Origin: an uncultured euryarchaeote
GTDB taxonomy: Archaea; Thermoplasmatota; Poseidoniia; Poseidoniales; Poseidoniaceae
Assembly: GCA_937899865.1 (NCBI GenBank)
Contig: CALBRH010000054.1
Coordinates: forward strand, 1-64,000
DNA: 64,000 bases
Direction of reading: 5' to 3'
Shown: in pieces, positions 19,267 through 28,923 of the stretch
How positions within the stretch are numbered: position 1 is the stretch's first letter
How the letters are laid out: every line of letters begins with the position of its first letter
Translations under genes and position numbers: made by a program
Notes under the pieces: model-generated
Told to the model about the DNA's origin: nothing
Seen by the model: only the letters and a program-made list of their open reading frames with translations
The model's database searches: none

Positions 19267-20211
19267 ATGCGTAATGAATGGCATGTTGGCGTTGTCATTC
19301 CAGCAAAGAATGAACAAGATTTCATAGAAGATGTAATCAATTCAATTCCAGATTTTGTTGACAAAATAGTTGTAATAAACGATGGGTCAAATGATGAAAC
19401 TCAAGCGATTGTTGAGAACAATATCTCAACAAATAACAAGATTACATTAGTTAACCTAACTGGAAAAGGTGTTGGATTTGCCATAGATACTGGACATAAA
19501 GAGATGCTTAAATTATTGGAAAAACCATTCGTTAGCGTGGTTATGGCAGGGGATGGTCAAATGGATCCAGAAGATTTACCCAGTCTCATTGAACCGATTA
19601 TCAATAATCAATCTGATTACGTAAAAGGAAATAGATTCCATCACAAAGATGGCGTTACAGAAATGCCTACATTGCGAAAATTAGCAAGTATATTGTTAGG
19701 ATTCCTTACCACATTAGCTGCTGGAAGACATTTCACTGATCCTCAATGCGGTTATACTGCTACAAGTCATAATGTGCTTGAAGAATGGAATTGGTCAAAG
19801 TCATGGAAAAATTATGGATATCCTAATTATTGGTTAATCGAATTATCTAGGAAATCACTTCGAGTTAAAGAAATACCAGTAAAATGTATTTATGGTAATG
19901 AGAAATCGGGACTAAAGATGTTTTCATTTTTTATTAGTGTTGGATTAATGATGCTAATTATGCATCACAAAAGATGTTTTTCAATGCTTTTCAGTAAATC
20001 TGTAGCTCCACATACGATTTTGTCATTTACTGCTTATGCAATTGGTTGGATAGCAATACTTCCTGAAATTAGTACTGATTTGGAAAGAGAGTTAACAAAT
20101 AGTTTCTTTTCAAAAATAGTGTTAGCGTTATTTTGTTGGATATGCGCTCATATTTTTGATAGATTAGCAGTAAAATCGAGAACGGAGTTGAGAATAAATG
20201 CGCAGACATGA
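19267..20211 (+). CDS. GT2 glycosyltransferase
   Basis: VIPAKNE, INDGSND, GDGQMDP, DPQCGY. Confidence 0.9.
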   Translation: MRNEWHVGVVIPAKNEQDFIEDVINSIPDFVDKIVVINDGSNDETQAIVENNISTNNKITLVNLTGKGVGFAIDTGHKEMLKLLEKPFVSVVMAGDGQMDPEDLPSLIEPIINNQSDYVKGNRFHHKDGVTEMPTLRKLASILLGFLTTLAAGRHFTDPQCGYTATSHNVLEEWNWSKSWKNYGYPNYWLIELSRKSLRVKEIPVKCIYGNEKSGLKMFSFFISVGLMMLIMHHKRCFSMLFSKSVAPHTILSFTAYAIGWIAILPEISTDLERELTNSFFSKIVLALFCWICAHIFDRLAVKSRTELRINAQT

Positions 20212-20521
20212 CAAGAGAAATAATCCTAGAAAAGCACATGTTAGACATATTTTAGTGCCAGATAAACCATCTGCAAGAGGAATAATTGAAGAGATATCTA
20301 AAGCTAAAAATCCATTGAAAGTTTTCAAAAAGTCCGCAAAGAAATTTTCAACCTGTCCAAGCGGTTCCAAAAAAGGTGATTTAGGCGAATTTGTTGAAGG
20401 TCAAATGGTAAAACAATTCGAGGATGCTGTTTGGCAAACTGATATTGATGAAGTACCAAGTAAATTTGTTAAAACTCAATTTGGTTATCACATTATATGG
20501 GTACACTCAAAGACTGAGTAA
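20198..20521 (+). CDS. ppiC: Parvulin-type peptidyl-prolyl cis-trans isomerase (PpiC-like)
   Basis: RHILV, STCPSG..KGDLG, GQMVKQFEDA, TQFGYHII. Confidence 0.92.
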   Translation: MRRHDKRNNPRKAHVRHILVPDKPSARGIIEEISKAKNPLKVFKKSAKKFSTCPSGSKKGDLGEFVEGQMVKQFEDAVWQTDIDEVPSKFVKTQFGYHIIWVHSKTE

Positions 20522-20528
20522 TGTAAAA

Positions 20529-20606
20529 TGGTGGGCGTACCAAGATTTGAACTTGGGTCCAAGCGTCCCAAACGCCCGAGTATAGGCCAAACTAACCCAT
20601 ACGCCC
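20529..20606 (-). tRNA. tRNA-Pro(TGG), CCA encoded
   Basis: GGGCGTA...TACGCCC ACCA; anticodon loop TTTGGGA; GTTCAAAT T-loop. Confidence 0.96.
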
Positions 20607-20640
20607 GTTGTGTTTGGCCACGACTTCCCTATTATCAACT

Positions 20641-21078
20641 TCACTCAAGAAATTGCCAAACTCCTTCACCTGCTCTAAGTATAATTCCTTGTGCCTCAGC
20701 CATTTCCAAAAATGCCACAACATCCTCATTAAAACCTCTTTCAGCAAAATTTGCTTTTACTATATCTAACGTTAATTTTCCCTCACTATCTGCGGATTTT
20801 CGCAATATATTGAGTCCTTTTGTTGAGGAAAAATTCGAACTAGTGTCAATTAATTGTTCATCTTTTTTGAGTTGTTTTTCTAATGATTCCCTTAACTCCG
20901 GAGGTGTATTGGCGATGATGACTTTCATCCGTAGATCCGTTGGATTATCCGCACTATCAATTACTAACGTTGCTTTATTGGTCCTTTGACCACAATGTGG
21001 GCAATTATGTCCTAATGATTTTCTACCATGGCACATTTTGCATGCAGAACACTTGAATACTTTCCATGGCTCTGGCAT
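20641..21078 (-). CDS. Zinc-ribbon protein, hypothetical
   Basis: N-terminal CSAC...CPHC followed by a helical domain. Confidence 0.65.
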   Translation of the reverse strand: MPEPWKVFKCSACKMCHGRKSLGHNCPHCGQRTNKATLVIDSADNPTDLRMKVIIANTPPELRESLEKQLKKDEQLIDTSSNFSSTKGLNILRKSADSEGKLTLDIVKANFAERGFNEDVVAFLEMAEAQGIILRAGEGVWQFLE

Positions 21079-21114
21079 GATTGTAAATCATGTCGAAGGT
21101 TCTTTTATTTGTCG

Positions 21115-21768
21115 TCACAATGAGAAATCAGTATTACTTCCACCGCCGCGCCGGCTACCCGGCCTTAATGCAGGAGCTGCTGGTGCTTTAACATCAACAC
21201 GCTTTTGTTGCTTTTCTTCAGGAACTGATAAACCACCTCTAATTGGTCCGGTTGATTGCCTTCCACCCATAGATAACGAGTTTGGCATTATCAAAGCAGC
21301 CATAGCCACGCCATGGTGGTCTGCACCAGCAGTTACTTCATCAACTGCAACATCAAAACTGACTACTTCCAAATCTCTAGTTGCTAACCTTCTCTGTAAA
21401 TTTCTTCGAAGCATTAATGAGGTTTCTTCATAATCTAAATCAGTACTAATTGTCGCAACAATTGCACATTCATCTCCTTCTGGAGTTACGCAAGATGCCC
21501 ATGCAACACCTGCACAAGCACTTGATCCATTGAAAGCATAAGAAGTAGCCATATGACATTCAACTAGAGTGCCCATAGGCAGTGCCCTAGGGGGTGTAGC
21601 CTCAAAATTCAATGGTAGCATTGCCCCTTTTGCTTCAATAAGACGGGTGTCTCCTAAGCCTAATTCCACAAGCCCTTGATCATAAGCATCCTCTGAATTT
21701 TCACCCCAAGGTGCTACTGCAGTCATCAACCATCCGTGACAAGATCTGGGTACTCTACCGGGCTTCAT
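21115..21768 (-). CDS. Pyruvoyl-dependent arginine decarboxylase (PdaD) homologue lacking the Ser-Ser cleavage site
   Basis: AYDQGL..LG...LIEAKGAMLP...LPMGTLV aligns with the recalled PdaD pattern AFDGAL..AG...LIRISSIMPP...LPMGALV. Confidence 0.7.
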   Translation of the reverse strand: MKPGRVPRSCHGWLMTAVAPWGENSEDAYDQGLVELGLGDTRLIEAKGAMLPLNFEATPPRALPMGTLVECHMATSYAFNGSSACAGVAWASCVTPEGDECAIVATISTDLDYEETSLMLRRNLQRRLATRDLEVVSFDVAVDEVTAGADHHGVAMAALIMPNSLSMGGRQSTGPIRGGLSVPEEKQQKRVDVKAPAAPALRPGSRRGGGSNTDFSL

Positions 21769-21797
21769 ATTGATGGACAGTCGCAAGAGGTTCTTGA

Positions 21798-22127
21798 ATG
21801 AAATGGTTATCGCAGTATGTGGCTCGGAGTTATAAATTCTTGATTTATATTTATGCTTCTACTTTGGTTTTAGTTGGACTATCCATAGCTGAAGATGGCT
21901 CCAGTGTGTCTTTTTCAACAATATTTTTCACTTTTATATTGTTAGTTATATTGACAATGTTTTGGAACTTGTTTGAGTCGAATACCCAAAAACAAACAAC
22001 AAACAATGCAAATCCAGGAGTTATATCGCAAAACAATATTTTGGAACAAGGAAATAATATTTGTTATGATTCAAATGAAAGCATACCTAATCCATTGGAT
22101 TCAGATATAGAAATCCCATTGATGTAA
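21798..22127 (+). CDS. Small two-TM hypothetical protein
   Basis: Two hydrophobic segments and an acidic tail ending PNPLDSDIEIPLM; stop abuts the aCPSF1 stop. Confidence 0.55.
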   Translation: MKWLSQYVARSYKFLIYIYASTLVLVGLSIAEDGSSVSFSTIFFTFILLVILTMFWNLFESNTQKQTTNNANPGVISQNNILEQGNNICYDSNESIPNPLDSDIEIPLM

Positions 22128-24032
22128 TCAAAGTAATCTAATTGTTTCAAGATTTTTTGGTGCGTAAGTCCTACATTTGTAACGTTCTCTTAAAGCATGA
22201 CCAAGTTCATTGCATTTGTGATAATCTCCATGATGACAAATAATATTTCTAGGCTTTGGATGAAGCTGTTCAACAAACTCTAGCAATTGTCTTCTATCTG
22301 AATGACCAGAAAATCCGTCAATAGTCGCCATTTCACAACCTACTTTGATAATTTCAGTTTGTCCGTTGATAATCATCGGAACCTCACTGAAGCCTTTTTG
22401 CAATCTTCTACCAAGTGTCCCCTCTGCTTGATAACCAACAAAACATAATGAATTACGCTCACTATGTGCCCAATTCTTGAAATATTCCACAACAGGTCCT
22501 GCATTCATCATTCCAGAAGTCGCTAATACAATACATGGAGATGAATCCATTAATATTCTCTCGCGCAAATCACGACCCTTCACGGGACGGAACCATTCAT
22601 TGCTAAATGGATTCCCTCCATCGTCTTTAAGCAATGATTTACGAAGACTATTAGTTAGATAATTTGGATGAGCAGCATGAATTGCAGTTGCTTCTTCAAT
22701 CATGCCATCTAACCAAACAGGCACAGGTTTAACATTTCCAGACCTAAACAATTCATCAATTGCAATCATGACCTCTTGACTCCTACCAACGGCAAAAACC
22801 GGGAATATCATTTTTCCACCTCTACTGATGGTTCTTGAAACGATGTCAACTAATTCTTGATTAGCTTCCTGTCGAGATGGCTGATAATCTCCTTCTGAAC
22901 CATAAGTAGATTCAAGAACGAGAGATTCAACTTTTGGGAACCTTGTATTGGCAGCATCAAATAACCATGATTTTTCATACTTTTGATCGCCGCTAAACAA
23001 GAGATTATGCTTACCATCGCCAATATGTAAATGCACTGCTGATGAGCCAAGAATGTGACCAGAATTGGAAAAAGTCATCTTAACATCTGGTGCAATATCT
23101 GTTGTCTGATCCCAAGCAACATCAATTACATGTCTTTGACAGGTTCGAATATCTTCCATACTGTATGGAGCCATCTTACCCTCCGAGCCACTTATTTTTA
23201 GATAGTCCGATTGGAGTAATAACATTAAATCCCTTGTTGGTGGTGTGCAGAAAACTGGTCCGCGATATCCATATTTGAATAAAACTGGCAGCATTCCTGC
23301 ATGATCTAGATGAGCATGTGTTAGAATTACTGCATCAAGTTTGTCAATGGGTAACGCCTCTGGAGCGTTGAAAAATGGCATCGGATCTAAATCATTAGCA
23401 ACGTTTACCCCTACATCAATCATTATTCGAGACTCATTAGTAGTGACAAGATGACATGCTCTACCAACTTCTCTATAAGAACCAAGAGCAGTAACTCTGG
23501 CCCAAGTCGAACCTGGACGCTTTGGGCGGTGCATATTTAGTCCAAAGTCCTTCAACAATTTCCTTCTCTCTTCGACATTTGCTTGTCGATAGCCTCTGAT
23601 ATCATGAACTGTCTTGGACAAAAGTGGCGGAGTTCTTTCTACAATTGGGATCCAACCTGTTTTGTCTCTAATTTCGTTTACATTAGCACCTTTACGACCT
23701 ACTGCTTCACCTGGATTCTGACATTGAATAATTACTTCACTAAAACATCCATCAAAATATATTTGAGTAATCTCTGCTTCTTCAGGAATAATAGATTCAA
23801 TAATTGTCTTTGCTTCCTGATCAGGTTTGATAATACTTGGGTCTGGTCTAATCTTGATTCTTCGCTTAATCTTCTTAGCAATCTTACCAACTAAGCCGTC
23901 TCCACCACCAAACTCTTTTGGAACATCAGTTACAATAGCAATATCTCCTGCCTCTAAATCAACTTTATAATTGATTGACTTAGGAACTATTTTGGCAATT
24001 TCATCTTTCAATTCTTTAAATGTTAGGCGCAT
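22128..24032 (-). CDS. fttA: aCPSF1/FttA beta-CASP ribonuclease with KH domains (transcription termination factor)
   Basis: N-terminal KH domains, THAHLDH, GHILGS, GFSGHSD; conserved linkage to psmB. Confidence 0.95.
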   Translation of the reverse strand: MRLTFKELKDEIAKIVPKSINYKVDLEAGDIAIVTDVPKEFGGGDGLVGKIAKKIKRRIKIRPDPSIIKPDQEAKTIIESIIPEEAEITQIYFDGCFSEVIIQCQNPGEAVGRKGANVNEIRDKTGWIPIVERTPPLLSKTVHDIRGYRQANVEERRKLLKDFGLNMHRPKRPGSTWARVTALGSYREVGRACHLVTTNESRIMIDVGVNVANDLDPMPFFNAPEALPIDKLDAVILTHAHLDHAGMLPVLFKYGYRGPVFCTPPTRDLMLLLQSDYLKISGSEGKMAPYSMEDIRTCQRHVIDVAWDQTTDIAPDVKMTFSNSGHILGSSAVHLHIGDGKHNLLFSGDQKYEKSWLFDAANTRFPKVESLVLESTYGSEGDYQPSRQEANQELVDIVSRTISRGGKMIFPVFAVGRSQEVMIAIDELFRSGNVKPVPVWLDGMIEEATAIHAAHPNYLTNSLRKSLLKDDGGNPFSNEWFRPVKGRDLRERILMDSSPCIVLATSGMMNAGPVVEYFKNWAHSERNSLCFVGYQAEGTLGRRLQKGFSEVPMIINGQTEIIKVGCEMATIDGFSGHSDRRQLLEFVEQLHPKPRNIICHHGDYHKCNELGHALRERYKCRTYAPKNLETIRLL

Positions 24033-24107
24033 TTTACCACCTTTAGTTTACCACAGATTCATGACAAATGTGTCTAGCACACTGCAGAAAACTGCGGGAA
24101 TAAAAAG

Positions 24108-24737
24108 TTAAGAAAGCAACTTGTTGATTTGGTCTTGAGTTTGCAATACAAAGCCGTCTTTCTTAGTAATTACTGCGAGATCCATGCCGTTGCCTGATGC
24201 AGCGTCACGCTGTCCCGATGCATGGAGGGCGCGGGCTGCAAGTTTCAATGCTTCGGCTTCAGACATATCTTCCCTAAAGCCATCTTCAAGAACACCGTAC
24301 ATGTATGGAGAACCCGAACCTGTTGCGCAGTAAACGTCTGGAATTGAGCCACCTGCAGAGTCAATAGAGTATACATGGCCACCGTCATCATCAACTCCGA
24401 CAATCAATAATTGCACCCAATGAGGTCTACCTGAAAGAATATTTGCCGTTAATGTAGCAGCTCCTTTGACAGTCATTGGTTGCTGTCGGCGTAGTTCAAA
24501 CAATGCAACTTCTGCTGATAGCGTTCTAGAAAGAGATTGAGCGTGCCCAACTAAACCGGCAGTTGTTAATGCCAGTTGGTCACCAATTTGGAATAATTTT
24601 TGAACAGATTTGTTGGCAATGAAGTGGCCCATTGTCGCTCTGTGGTCTGCTCCGACAACCACTCCCCCATTGAAAGTGATACCAAGAGTACTTGTTCCTG
24701 TTTTAAGCACATTAGTGTTGTTGTCCATCATCATCAC
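24108..24737 (-). CDS. psmB: Proteasome subunit beta
   Basis: Propeptide then KTG|TSTLG nucleophile Thr; ADHRAT, GSGS. Confidence 0.95.
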   Translation of the reverse strand: MMMMDNNTNVLKTGTSTLGITFNGGVVVGADHRATMGHFIANKSVQKLFQIGDQLALTTAGLVGHAQSLSRTLSAEVALFELRRQQPMTVKGAATLTANILSGRPHWVQLLIVGVDDDGGHVYSIDSAGGSIPDVYCATGSGSPYMYGVLEDGFREDMSEAEALKLAARALHASGQRDAASGNGMDLAVITKKDGFVLQTQDQINKLLS

Positions 24738-24898
24738 TTATCCCCTAAAGTCGGCACCTTTTGAACATTGGTACATAAACGCCTAGATTCCAATCTATTT
24801 GAATATTGATACTCGCCATCAGAGATTATTTTAACAAACGCATGTTTTGGCTCAAATTAATCGTAGTATTATTGAGATAGAAGTATTTAGACTAAGAT

Positions 24899-25477
24899 AT
24901 GAAGCGAAAGAAAGACGATGATCCCCATCAGTCTTCTTTAGATTCTTTTGCCAATATAGAATTGCCAAGTATGCCTGATTTAGACAAACTTGCAAAGGCT
25001 GATAAAATCCTCAAAGAAAATCAAACAAATGAGTCTGCAAAGCAAAATAAATCATTGAATACCTTTGACATGCCAAGTATGTCAAATACAAAAAAGAAAA
25101 ATGATGTACCTTCAAAATTGATTTTCCACAACCTAGGGAACAAATATTCCGATCCTCCGATTACTTCAGGTGATACTGGATTAGTTGTTCATCGTGCTAT
25201 TTTGAATGATATTACTGGAACTTCTACTTTACTTGACTGGTCTTCAGACGGGCATGCATCTATTGTTGAAATGGGACGGTTGATAAAAAGAGATACTGAA
25301 TTCAGTGCTGCTTTAGATGCTCTGCACACATTTATCGAAGGCGATTTAGGTGGCCAAATTATCCAAATAACAGACACTAGACTAATGTTACTACCTCCAG
25401 GATGTCGTGGTCTTAAAGGAGTGGAGATGGAAGCATTTGCAGCAGGTGCTGAAGAATTAGGTCGGAGACGGTTGTAA
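24899..25477 (+). CDS. Hypothetical protein
   Basis: 192-aa ORF, translationally coupled to ZPR1 (TAATG overlap). Confidence 0.65.
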   Translation: MKRKKDDDPHQSSLDSFANIELPSMPDLDKLAKADKILKENQTNESAKQNKSLNTFDMPSMSNTKKKNDVPSKLIFHNLGNKYSDPPITSGDTGLVVHRAILNDITGTSTLLDWSSDGHASIVEMGRLIKRDTEFSAALDALHTFIEGDLGGQIIQITDTRLMLLPPGCRGLKGVEMEAFAAGAEELGRRRL

Positions 25478-26109
25478 TGCAAGAGTCGCCAGTCGACATT
25501 CCGTGTCCAATTTGCAACTTAGAAGGCAGTTTATACATGATTGCTCATGTTGATGAAATACCATATTTTGGCGAGCATACTCAAGTCACGGTAATGTGCC
25601 ATTCGTGCGGTTGGAAACAAACTGATTTCATTCCAGCAGAAGGAAAGAAAGCTGGGTGTTGGTCACTGGTTTTGAACAATGCTGAACAATTAAAATCACG
25701 AGTTGTTAGATCATCATCTTGTACAATAAGAATTTCTGAATTAGACTTACAAGTAAATCCTGGAAGCAATTCAACCGGATATGTCTCTAATATAGAGGGC
25801 GTCATAAATAGATTCTTGGAAGTAATAAATATGGTTTTGAGAGATTTACAAAATGATGTTTCATCAAAACTAATCGAAAATGAAAGTACTGAATTAGGTC
25901 AAACAATTAAAGAAATTAATCAACTTGAAGAGATTATAGAAACATTGTCCAACATAGGGAGTGAAGAACAAGAACCATTCACACTTGAGTTATTAGATCC
26001 CCATGGACATTCGATGATTATTGATGAGTCTGCAACAGAAAGAAGCTTGACCGATGAAGAAATTGCAACTTTGCCTACTGGCCCTGACCCTGCTGTTTTT
26101 TCTGCTTAA
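25477..26109 (+). CDS. ZPR1 zinc-finger domain protein
   Basis: CPIC...EIPYFG...CHSCG, VVRSSS, SNIEGV, LDPHGHS. Confidence 0.92.
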   Translation: MQESPVDIPCPICNLEGSLYMIAHVDEIPYFGEHTQVTVMCHSCGWKQTDFIPAEGKKAGCWSLVLNNAEQLKSRVVRSSSCTIRISELDLQVNPGSNSTGYVSNIEGVINRFLEVINMVLRDLQNDVSSKLIENESTELGQTIKEINQLEEIIETLSNIGSEEQEPFTLELLDPHGHSMIIDESATERSLTDEEIATLPTGPDPAVFSA

Positions 26110-27495
26110 TCAGCGTGAATCTAAGGCAAGAAATTCTTCAACCAAGTGTTCGGTTTGATTGCGCAACTCTAAATGATTACTCATCCACTCTGTAGCTTTA
26201 TCAATGCATAATTGTTTCATTTCACCAGCTAAAATTTTTCCGTTTCGATAATCCGAATTTATCTCTGCAAGATAATTGTCATCTTGCTCAAAAAAGTACA
26301 TCATATACTGATAAGCAACATCAATATCTGGATCGCCACCCAACCTTCGATGCTCTTCAATTGTCGATTGTCCGCCAGAATAAGCCTTCTTGATTTTCTT
26401 AGTAATTGAACCAATATCATCATCGAGGAAAATTGTTGTTTTTGGCTTGCTACTGCTCATCTTTTCCCCGGTCAAACCAACTGCAAAATGATGGTATGTT
26501 GAAGATGGCGCTAGTAGACCCATACCTCCTAGTCTCCTCTCTAATTGAAGTAATTTCATTCTGATCGCATTCATATCTTTCTTTGTGGCACTAGGGACAA
26601 CTATTGTACCTTGCTTCGGATTTGAATTGATATCTGAAAAACCAAGTTGAACTAGTTCCTCAACAATCATGCCAAAAATATTGGACACTTTGTTCTTATC
26701 TATTCTGCCATTAGGCATCTGACCTAATAGTTCAGCGTTTTCATCCTGTACCGATAATCCAATCAAAATTCCTGGGCCATTATTGTCTTTAATATTAAAC
26801 CAGTTCGACTTAGATGCAATACCCCTTGTTAGTCTTAGGTGAGGGTCTTGGTCAACACCTACTGGCACCACTATTGGTCTTAATCCACCGAATTCATCCG
26901 TCTGAGGATGTAGTATATCTCCAACTTGAACCATTGGTGCTTGGACATGAGCAAGGTTGGTATCTCCTTTGAAACCGTATATCGATTCAAACTCACTTAA
27001 ATTTGTACGTTTTCCTAACTGAAAACCAAGTCGCTGAACTTCTGAACGTGTTGATTGAAAATAGACATTTGTTAAATTAGGATCAAGTCCTAAAGCAGCA
27101 TAATTTGCTACATATTCATTGAGGGCAATTTCTCTTCCTTTGGCGAGATTTACACCACGTGTTGCTTGACTTTCTAAATCGGCAACAGCAATAGTTACAT
27201 CGCCACCCAACTTTTGGAACCATTTAACTTGCTCAATAACCATTGAATGACCCAAATGCATCCTGCCACTGGGCATTAGTCCCGTTAATACTCCAAATGA
27301 GTTGCCCATTTTTTGAGCATCCAATACAAGATCTAAATCTCTATGAGCGAAAACAATCCCTCTTCTATGCAAGTGAGACGGATCTGGTAAAGTTAGATTA
27401 TTCAGGTTTGAAAGGCCAAATTGTTCAATTATCCTAGAATAATCTGTTGATTGAGTACTACTCCAAGGATCGATGTTTAATTCTCCATCACCCAT
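26110..27495 (-). CDS. trpS: Tryptophan--tRNA ligase (archaeal type with insertion)
   Basis: TGLMPSGRMHLGH, PVGVDQDPH, KMSSS. Confidence 0.95.
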   Translation of the reverse strand: MGDGELNIDPWSSTQSTDYSRIIEQFGLSNLNNLTLPDPSHLHRRGIVFAHRDLDLVLDAQKMGNSFGVLTGLMPSGRMHLGHSMVIEQVKWFQKLGGDVTIAVADLESQATRGVNLAKGREIALNEYVANYAALGLDPNLTNVYFQSTRSEVQRLGFQLGKRTNLSEFESIYGFKGDTNLAHVQAPMVQVGDILHPQTDEFGGLRPIVVPVGVDQDPHLRLTRGIASKSNWFNIKDNNGPGILIGLSVQDENAELLGQMPNGRIDKNKVSNIFGMIVEELVQLGFSDINSNPKQGTIVVPSATKKDMNAIRMKLLQLERRLGGMGLLAPSSTYHHFAVGLTGEKMSSSKPKTTIFLDDDIGSITKKIKKAYSGGQSTIEEHRRLGGDPDIDVAYQYMMYFFEQDDNYLAEINSDYRNGKILAGEMKQLCIDKATEWMSNHLELRNQTEHLVEEFLALDSR

Positions 27496-27570
27496 AGAAG
27501 TATCCCCCTTAAATGAAACTCATTAGACTTATTTCATCAAGCCTTCGATGAATATCGAACAATAAATGCG

Positions 27571-28770
27571 TTATTCTTCAGATTCTCGATTAGCTAGAGG
27601 TCCTAATCCTTCGCGCTTCAAAACTACTAGCATAGTCAAAATTGCTGTAGCACCTACTACTATTGCCGCATAGGGCAGCCAATCCGCATCTCCATCCATA
27701 GTTCTTGGTTCAAGTAGCCAAGTAAAAACTAAATCTTCTTGTCCAACAAATCTCTTAGACCACTTGAACAAATCTGATGTTTCATGTGCAGCTATAGTTA
27801 TTGCAGAAGTATGGTTATTCCAAAACTCGCTAATTCCCATGATATCATATTCATCAGATTCAATTGTGATGTTTACAGATTTACCATCTGTAATGCTAAG
27901 GTGTAAATACTGGTTGGGAAGTTTACTATATCCCTCGCGAGTATGGCGTTGCTGAGTGATATTTTCAAGTGGTTCACCGTCTGCTGAAATATTGATTATA
28001 TCCGAACTACCAATATCTAACATCCATGTGATTGGTACATTCCATCTCTCTGGCAATAAGTTTGTACATTGTTCTTTAATCAATGATTCAAAATTAAGAA
28101 TATAATTTTCACCTTGGCTAATAATTGAATGATCAAACTCATAGCATTTACTCTTAGCCCAATAGGACCATGATTGACCCCATGTAGTCAACCAAGCATC
28201 TGCATCATTAGAGATATAATCTTCAATATCGGAATCATGTCTAATCGTAGCCTCATGAACCCTACCTATCCAGTAAAGATTAACCAAGCCACCCTCTTCT
28301 ACAGCCTCTTTCACATCATCTACTGAACCAATAATTTGCTCGAGACTTCCACCCCTGCGACCTAAATTATACCAATCCCAAAGATCCTCGGGGACATCTG
28401 AACTATTATGCCAAGCAGTATAATCTAAGCCATTTAAGTCTCCATGGACAACAAATCCTTGCTTAGAAATTATTTGATGTTGAGACATTGACAAGTCATT
28501 TGGAGTGTAGGTAGAAATAGGATTTTCTCCCCAAATACTCGCTTCAGTGCGCTGTTCTATATATTGTCGGCATTCTCCGGCAACTGCGCCTGGATCGTTC
28601 TCCCAAGACAAGCCAGGGATATCATAACACCCAAATTCATCGCCATTGTTCAATCGCTCTTTGACAAGATTAGTGTTTAGCCAACCATCTTCTTCCCACT
28701 CAACATCTGCAATGACAGCAGGAGAAAAAACCAATCCTAAAACGAGAAGAAGAACACAAAATGAATTCAT
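27571..28770 (-). CDS. Secreted, C-terminally anchored hypothetical protein
   Basis: Signal peptide after MNSFC, C-terminal TM helix. Confidence 0.65.
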   Translation of the reverse strand: MNSFCVLLLVLGLVFSPAVIADVEWEEDGWLNTNLVKERLNNGDEFGCYDIPGLSWENDPGAVAGECRQYIEQRTEASIWGENPISTYTPNDLSMSQHQIISKQGFVVHGDLNGLDYTAWHNSSDVPEDLWDWYNLGRRGGSLEQIIGSVDDVKEAVEEGGLVNLYWIGRVHEATIRHDSDIEDYISNDADAWLTTWGQSWSYWAKSKCYEFDHSIISQGENYILNFESLIKEQCTNLLPERWNVPITWMLDIGSSDIINISADGEPLENITQQRHTREGYSKLPNQYLHLSITDGKSVNITIESDEYDIMGISEFWNNHTSAITIAAHETSDLFKWSKRFVGQEDLVFTWLLEPRTMDGDADWLPYAAIVVGATAILTMLVVLKREGLGPLANRESEE

Positions 28771-28923
28771 TGCTCTCCTCAACTTACCACTACCCGGACA
28801 TAAACTGCTCAAATAACATGTTTTTCATACTTCGTATTTGAAACAAAAAAAATCTGTCGCAAAAACTAACTTTTTTTAAAATCATCAAAGTAACTATCAA
28901 AGAGTATACCTCATGCAGAATGT

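Noticed and set aside
20528-20989. 153-aa plus-strand ORF
   Set aside because: Antisense to tRNA-Pro and the zinc-ribbon gene; shadow ORF.
26520-26810. Insertion in TrpRS
   Set aside because: Similar insertions before KMSSS are, as I recall, known in euryarchaeal TrpRS; catalytic motifs are normal.
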